A DNA stretch of 64,000 nucleotides from the human T2T-CHM13v2.0 reference genome, Homo sapiens, in the NCBI RefSeq assembly GCF_009914755.1, contig NC_060930.1. The stretch is one strand, 5' to 3'. Below are positions 56,151-64,000 of the stretch, piece after piece. The notes under the pieces were generated by a model that was given only the letters and a program-made list of their open reading frames with translations, did not search any database and was not told the origin of the DNA. The translations under genes and the position numbers were made by a program. Positions within the stretch are counted from its first letter, which is position 1; each line of letters begins with the position of its first letter.

Positions 56151-56729
56151 TGAAATGGTGATGCTGAATGCTTCAAATTCATATTTTTTTCTCTTCATCT
56201 CGGGTATCTATAAAATAACATAGAAATTCTTAGAGTTCCAGATCTAAAACTAGATCCTTGGATATTCGGAAAACCCTGAAACTACAGGATCTTTTTCAAT
56301 CCCTTGAGCTGTGCTAGAAGTTAGTGGGGGAAGAATTGGATCTACAGGCTCTAAGCTCAGCACTCGTAGTGCTGATATGTGGCTATGGTGCAGCATGATA
56401 TTTGCTTCAGCCAGACCCAGCAAGGTACTGAGAGGAGCAGGCAGAGGAAGAGGAAACACCCCACAGTCCCTAAGGGGTCAGGGTTCTATGACTTCAGACT
56501 TTCTTCCAGATCTGACATTCAGTGGGTGAGTAAGAGAGGTCAGGACTGGGTGAAGGCCAGGCAGGAGAAACGAGACTAGAAGTAACATGCCAAACTGAGA
56601 TCCAATGCTGAGAGCTACTGAGTTGGCTTATTGGGGTCCAACAACAAGTGGATAGGACAGCTGGGAAGATTGAGGACCACAGCACAGTTGAGGAAAACCA
56701 CAGAAAGTTACAATGGGGAACTTGTATTT

Positions 56730-56920
56730 ACTGATTTTCTATATCTTATCAGGTGTCACCACCTGCCATGCATTTTCTTCTCAACTGCCTTGCAAAATTA
56801 GGTACTATCATCTCCACTTTACAAATGCAGAAATTGAGAAGACTCTGAATGGATAAATGACTTATCTTTTCATACCTAGTGAAGTGACAGTGTTAGAATT
56901 AGAATTTAAGTGACTTTGAT
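56730..56920 (-). mobile_element. MIR
   Basis: taggtactatcatctccactttacaaatgcagaaattgag. Confidence 0.7.
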
Positions 56921-57845
56921 TGACATCACCCGCCGTGTTATTTCCTGATGGTTCCTTGCTTATTTAACAGAGGCACTGATGACTCCATGACGAGTAAACC
57001 AAGTCTATTGAATGAAAATGTCCCGAGCTCCTACTGCATACCAGGCACTATACAGAAGCTATCTGCTTCTCTTTGCCTTGTAATCCATGATCCAGGGGAA
57101 CACATTGTAGAGTAATAGCAAGGGGAAGCAGGGATTTCTGTGAACTCTACTTTCTATGGTAGCAGCAATCACGACATACACATCAGGCTTACTGAATGCC
57201 TACTATGCTTCAGGCGCTATGCTGGATATCAGAAATGCCATAGGCACCAAAACAGTCCTGTTGCACACCTATGCTAATTCCTTTGCTGTTACTGCACTGC
57301 AAAAGCCTTTGCAAACTTCAAGAATGGTCGTAAATAGTCTGACCCTCTTAAGTGAGACATCCTAAGGAATTGTTCTCATCTAAAAGTGAAAGTAGACCAG
57401 CTGACCCAAATGGAATCAGCAGAAGGAAGCCAAGAGATTTCCAGTAAATACATGGGAGAGTTTGGGCAAGATCCAAGCCCAAAAAGTCCGTCTCATTGTT
57501 ATCTAAAGAAAGCAGGGAAAGAATATGATTGTAACTAGGAAAGCTGGAGTCTAATGAGTTTATCCCATCTGGGAAAATGTATTAAGAGAAGATGGTCTGA
57601 TTGGAGCTTTAAAAAGGGATATTATAGTACAGATTGAGAATTTATTAGTGTTAATCTAATACTGCCAACTGAAGCCATATATTAAAATCATTACAGAGGT
57701 ATGGGCTGCTGGAAGACAAGGGTGATTTTTTTTTTCTGGTTCATATGGGTCTTAAGATTATCCCACCCTCTTTATTTCTAATTCCATCTACATAAGCAGT
57801 CTTCCAATTAATATCTTGACTTTGGGTATAAGAAACTGGGGTCTG

Positions 57846-58224
<379 letters not shown>

Positions 58225-58707
58225 CTAAGTCAGTTTCAGAAAAGATGTATAATCACCTAGGAAAAATCCTACACTCCTACAGTCCAATATTACTGACAGT
58301 CTAGAGGATTGCAGGTCATTTCTCAGGGTCTGGTCCTTAGATTTGAAAGAACTGGGAAGTAAAAAAATTGGATTTTGAAACTAAGAACCAGGCCTGAGAA
58401 ATGGGGGCCACGCCCAGGCATTACCATCTCAAGAGACACTTTTGAGAGATTGTTCTGTACTTCTCTGATATCATCGTGATCTTGCTAATGGCAAAAATCC
58501 CTCAGAGAAAATTCTTTAAAAGTGAGAATATTAGTAAATAATGGGTCATGCCTGCAATTTACTTCCTTCTTAGTCACTTAAGTGTTCTACAGGATTGCGG
58601 GTCTTCTCATCCTGGGACCTACAGCTAGAATACAACTCCTGGGGCTTTACTGGCCAGGGCTGCTTTGGTAGTTCTGTACGTTATTCTGATTTAATTTATA
58701 TGACATC

Positions 58708-59096
<389 letters not shown>

Positions 59097-59184
59097 TGAA
59101 TGTGAATGCTGACCGAATGGAGAGTTACCTGTCTCAATCTGCAAACCCTCTGAATTATATTTGTTTATTTGTTTGTTTGTTTAA

Positions 59185-59340
59185 CTTTTACTGGTTTGTT
59201 ATAAAGGAATTACAAAGGATGCAGATGAAGAGGTGCATAGGGTAAGGTATGTGGGAAGGGGCGCAGGGCCTCCATGCCTTCCCTGGACTTGCCATCTTCC
59301 AGGAACCTCCACATGTTCAGTTATCCAGAAGCTCCTGAAT
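59185..59340. mobile_element. MER21-type LTR fragment
   Basis: acaaaggatgcagatgaagaggtgcatagggtaaggtatgtgggaagggg...ccaggaacctccacatgttcagttatccagaagctc. Confidence 0.7.
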
Positions 59341-59667
59341 TTTGTTTTTCTTGTATCCTCCTGACTTTATTGGAAACTTACTGTTTAAGAGGCAGCATTT
59401 ATATTAAAAACAACTGCTTTGATTTTCTGTGGCAGGCAGTGAAGCTCTTTCACTGGCTGGAGTCTTCAATTGCGTGCCCCAAATGAATCATTTTAATGGC
59501 ATTTTGGGGGATGTGGATTCTACACACAGGATTATCTGAAATGTCGTCCAGATTCCATGTTGAAGCAGTTGACCACAAAATGAGAGCAGTGCTTACAATA
59601 GACTGTGGATTCCATTTGATAAATATAAAGTCCAAATGATGGCTGATGAAGCTTATCAACAATATGG

Positions 59668-59972
59668 CTTTTTTGTTTTGTTTTGTTTTGTTTTTGAGAC
59701 AGGGTCTGGCTCTGTCACCCAGGCTAGAGTGCAGAGATCTCAGCTCTCTGCAACCTGTGCCTCCTGGGCTCAAGTGATCCTCCCACCTCAGCCTCCTGAG
59801 TAGCTGGGATTACAGGCGTGCACCACCATGACCTGCTAATTTTTGTATTTTTAGTAGAGACGAGGTTTCTCCATGTTGCCCAGACTGATCTCAAACTCCT
59901 GAGCTCAAGAGATCCGTGCACCTCAGCCACTCAAAGTACTGGGATTACAGGTGTGAGTCACCACGCCCAGCC
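59668..59972 (-). mobile_element. AluJ
   Basis: gagacagggtct...ctcctgggctcaagtgatcctcccacc. Confidence 0.93.
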
Positions 59973-59984
59973 CCTCTACAAAAT

Positions 59985-60275
59985 GTTATTTAAAATATTT
60001 AACTTTTAATTGTGGTAAAAAAATTGTATAAAATGTACCTTCTTGTCTATTTTTAAACATAGAGTTTAGTAGTGTTAAGTATATTCACAATGTTGTGAAA
60101 CCAATCTCCACTACTTTTTCCCCTTGCAAAGTGGAGACTCTATACTCGTTAACCAATAACTCTTTATTCTCCCCTCCTCCCAGCCCCCTGGTAACCACTT
60201 TCTGTTTCTATGAATGTAACTTCTCTAAGTACCTCACATAAGTGGAATCATGCAGTATTTGTCTTTTTGGGACTT
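59985..60275 (-). mobile_element. L1MB 3' end
   Basis: aattgtggtaaaa...gtgttaagtatattcaca...ctaagtacctcacataagtggaatcatgcagtatttgtc. Confidence 0.85.
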
Positions 60276-60364
60276 GTTAGTAATATGCTTTTAACGATAA
60301 AACCAGTTTCTCAACCGTACCTCCCTTCAGCTGAGAAGTAGCAGCAGACGTTACTACCTCATCA

Positions 60365-60620
60365 GGATAACAGCTCATCTTTGCTTCAGTGTGCCAGTCA
60401 GAGTGCTAAGAGCTTTATATTTAGGATCTCGGTTGGTCCTCCCAACAGCTCTGAGAGACAGACACTCTGATTTCTCTCTGCTTTACAGATGTGGACCTGG
60501 GACTGAGATATTCAGTAACTGGCTTAGTATCACACAGGTAGTAAGTGTTAAAGTCAGCATTCACACTCAGGCAGTTAGGCCCCTGAGCCTGTGTTCTTCA
60601 CCACAAGACCACACTGCTAC
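60365..60620 (-). mobile_element. MIR
   Basis: gtgctaagagctttata...ctttacagatgtggacct...tcacacaggtagtaag. Confidence 0.7.
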
Positions 60621-60802
60621 TCATCACGGTCGGTAATTTGCCTGGGATGCAATGCCATTCCCTTCCAGACAGGGCAGACATTTCTCAGATGAGAACGCCA
60701 GTAAAGCTAACATCAAATTTGCAGTGTGTTCAAAGCAGTCGCCCTAAGAACAAGGCTTACCCGGGTTTCTGCAAGGAAGCTTCATGCATTAGCGTAGCAG
60801 AT

Positions 60803-61150
60803 GCTCTATGTCCGCTGCACCTGAGCTCACTTCTGCATTGGCAGAAGTCAATTTCTGAGCACCCGACAACTTCTCCCTCAGCGGCCCTGCCTGGGTTTTT
60901 CTCAGGTGCCCAAGTCATGCCAGCTTGCCCAGCCAGCATGCGAGGCAGCGGGACTGCTGAGGATGTAAGACCCTCGGGGTGGGGGTGGGGGGACAAATGC
61001 CCTAGCTACCCAGGGATGACTCCTCTCTTTCCTCCTTCCCCACTGCCATTCCTCCCTTTCCCCATGCCCTCATGTGTATTTCCTGGGTCAACCCAGCAAA
61101 CCACCTTCTATGTCTTTGTCTCAAGTGCGCTAGAGAACGCCAACTGAGAC
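60803..61150 (+). mobile_element. ERVL LTR (LTR16/LTR33-like)
   Basis: gtagcagatgctc start; ctttgtctcaag...aactgagaca end. Confidence 0.5.
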
Positions 61151-63390
61151 AATCAGCAAACATGAAAGCGGGATTGCAACACCGGCTACTCCTCAGATTG
61201 TTGTTGTTGTTGCTATTTTTAACAGAACTGCATCCTCAGACCAGATGTTTGTTGGAGTGTCTGGGGATGCCCAGTCTTGACAGTGGGGCATTGGGCAAAC
61301 ATGACTCTTAGCTAAACACCTAATTCCCTATAGCATGAAAATACTGGAATTCAAAGAAAACTGGCCAGCCTTGTTCAACAGCCCCCTGGTAAACAGAACA
61401 GATACTGTGTCATTTTTAACAACAAACAGCATAAATTAAATTTGAACCGAAGTGTATGTGTCATTGTTGGCTCTTTACAGAATAAATGAAATGCAAGCTG
61501 AGCAAATCTAAAAGGCAAATCATTTTCTCACTTTCTGAAGAAGCCACCTGTGGGTCTCTGTTCATTGGTACTAAGCCTCACCCTCGGAGCACCATATACA
61601 ATACAATGGGTCTCCATGTATTTCCCATTTATACTACCACTGAGATAAATGAGGCATTCAAGAGAAAACAAAGCAATAAATGCATGTTACAAATCAATTT
61701 TATCAGAGACATTTTACTTCATCAAAAAAAGAAATAACTACATTGGACTCATTAGAAAGTGAGAAAAACACCATTTTGTCACAGTCTTAAGCAGCTGGTT
61801 CTGGTTTCAATGATTAAGTGGAAATTAATCAATCAAAAACAATCAAGCAAATACCCTGTTGGAAATTTACCTTTAAATAAGCAGTTGTCTACAGCTAACC
61901 TTACAGAAAGATGGCAGCCAAGACTTGACATAGTGTGAGAGGGAAGATGTTTTCATGTTTCAGGAGCCCAGTGCATAAACTAGGCTCAACACATGAAGCT
62001 CGGCTCAAGAAATTCACAAGCAAAGATCAACCACTCAAACCAAATACAATAAAGTGATTCTGTAATGAAAAGTAGTGGTTTCAATTTCTCAAAAAAGTTT
62101 GATTCAAGGGGACATGTGAATAGGGATGAAGACAAAGAAAATTAAAATGCAGGATGGTTCTAAGTGATAAAGAACCTTTTAAAAAAAACTGTCATAATTA
62201 GATGGAAAATTTCCACACCATCATTTGCATTGAGAGATTTCCCTTAATTTCCTACTGCCATGACAGTAATGAAAGAAAAAGAATGATGGGAGAATAGGAT
62301 TAATCAAAATAAATAATTCTTTCTCTAAAAAAAAAAAAGATAGGGAGGAAGCTTTAAGAAAGAAGAGAGTAGAGAGCTAGAGATTTCTTAATTTAGTTTG
62401 GAATGTTTCCATTGGAATGAAGTCAGAAATACTCATTCTGCTTGTCTACATTCTTATCTATCTCTAGGTGTGTCAGTGTTTTCTATTTTTAGAAGACTCT
62501 CAAAGATGAAAATCATGATTTATTTATGTGTAATGGAATAACATTTGGTGGATAAATCTACAAACAATTCTCTTTGCACTAATTAGAAGAGTTATTAATT
62601 TTTTGTCTTCAGATACATAGTGCTGTGTAATTATTGAGTGAGCCTGTTTAAGAATATGGATGGTCCGAACACCTCCCAAATAGAAAGGGACCATCCTCAG
62701 GCCTGAATGACACTTTGAGGTGTTACTGCCAGTGAGTGAAAATATCTGACCTGCCAGTATCGCAGGAGAGTACCATAGAACTTTTTATTCTGCATAGCCA
62801 TTAGGGAACAAACCATCCTATAGAGGACAGGAGTGTTGATCTTTGACTACGAACATTTAAAATCTTTGAACTTTATAAAAAAAAAACAAGGTGAAAATGC
62901 TTGAATGCTTACATACATTATGTGGTATATAATTAAACCTTTTTGGGTGTAAAAGTATTATTTCAGCTCACAAACATGTTTTGTGTTCAAGATAGTGCAT
63001 GATGTCTTAGACATACAGAAATGGGATTAAGGCTTTTTCTCAATGAGCTTACACTCTGATGATGGAGTAGCTATATCAGTTTTTTACAGAAAGAGGTAAA
63101 CAAAGATATAGATGTAAACTGTAATCTGTATGTTAAAGTAAAGACACAAAGAGATATCTAGAATGACTCCTGGGTTTCTGGTCCAAGTTACTGTGTAGAC
63201 TGTGGAGCTGTTTGCTGTGATGGGAATGAGAATGTCCCCCCAAGGATGAGCACTAAGGGAGTGATGACGAGCTCACTTGTGAGTTCTAGAGATGATGATG
63301 AAGATGACGTGGGATGTATGGCCCCAAGAGTGGCCCTAACATTGACTTATCGAGAAAGTCATTGACTTGAGCATGCATTTTTGGCATCTA

Positions 63391-63735
<345 letters not shown>

Positions 63736-64000
63736 GAAACAAAATCTTTCGTATACCACACACACACATTCACATATTACTCATGTTTCAGAGGACTTTG
63801 TATGTGTCCTTCAGTGCACGTGGCTGTTTGTCCCCTCAGAGTAGGAAGCAGCTGTTCTAACTTCCGTCTTCGCAGAAGGTTGTCATCTCCTCTGTGGTGA
63901 GGGCTCTGCAGAGTCACTGCTTGTTTGACCACATTCAGATTGCGGCCAGGGCTAAAGTCACAGCTTACCTCTTCAGCTCTCTACCGAACTGTATTTTCCT

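Noticed and set aside
60638-61147. 169-aa ORF
   Set aside because: Non-ATG start and overlaps a probable ERVL LTR.

Overview
Primate (most likely human) non-coding genomic DNA, intergenic or deep intronic. I can support no protein-coding gene, tRNA/rRNA/snRNA gene or processed pseudogene; the supplied ORFs read as Alu, LTR or microsatellite translations or chance ORFs. The window is dominated by interspersed repeats: about 24 Alu-derived pieces, old L1/L2/MIR fragments, MaLR/ERVL LTRs, hAT and Tigger DNA-transposon relics, and one full-length CpG-rich solo LTR12C (ERV9) at 20850-22433. Repeat subfamily names come from recalled consensus features and need RepeatMasker/Dfam confirmation. I found no convincing new biological system. 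The most unusual structures are: (i) a recent-looking 147-bp templated copy of MLT1 sequence inserted into a palindromic AT microsatellite 549 bp downstream, with further micro-duplications nearby; (ii) an Alu tail that steps through five repeat motifs, including ATTCT and a G4-capable (AGGGT)9; (iii) an LTR12C promoter with a degraded poly(A) signal and candidate same-strand downstream exons; (iv) a tail-less AluY-type internal fragment; (v) a 22-bp VNTR; (vi) a compact double palindrome built from TAATC/GATTA half-sites.
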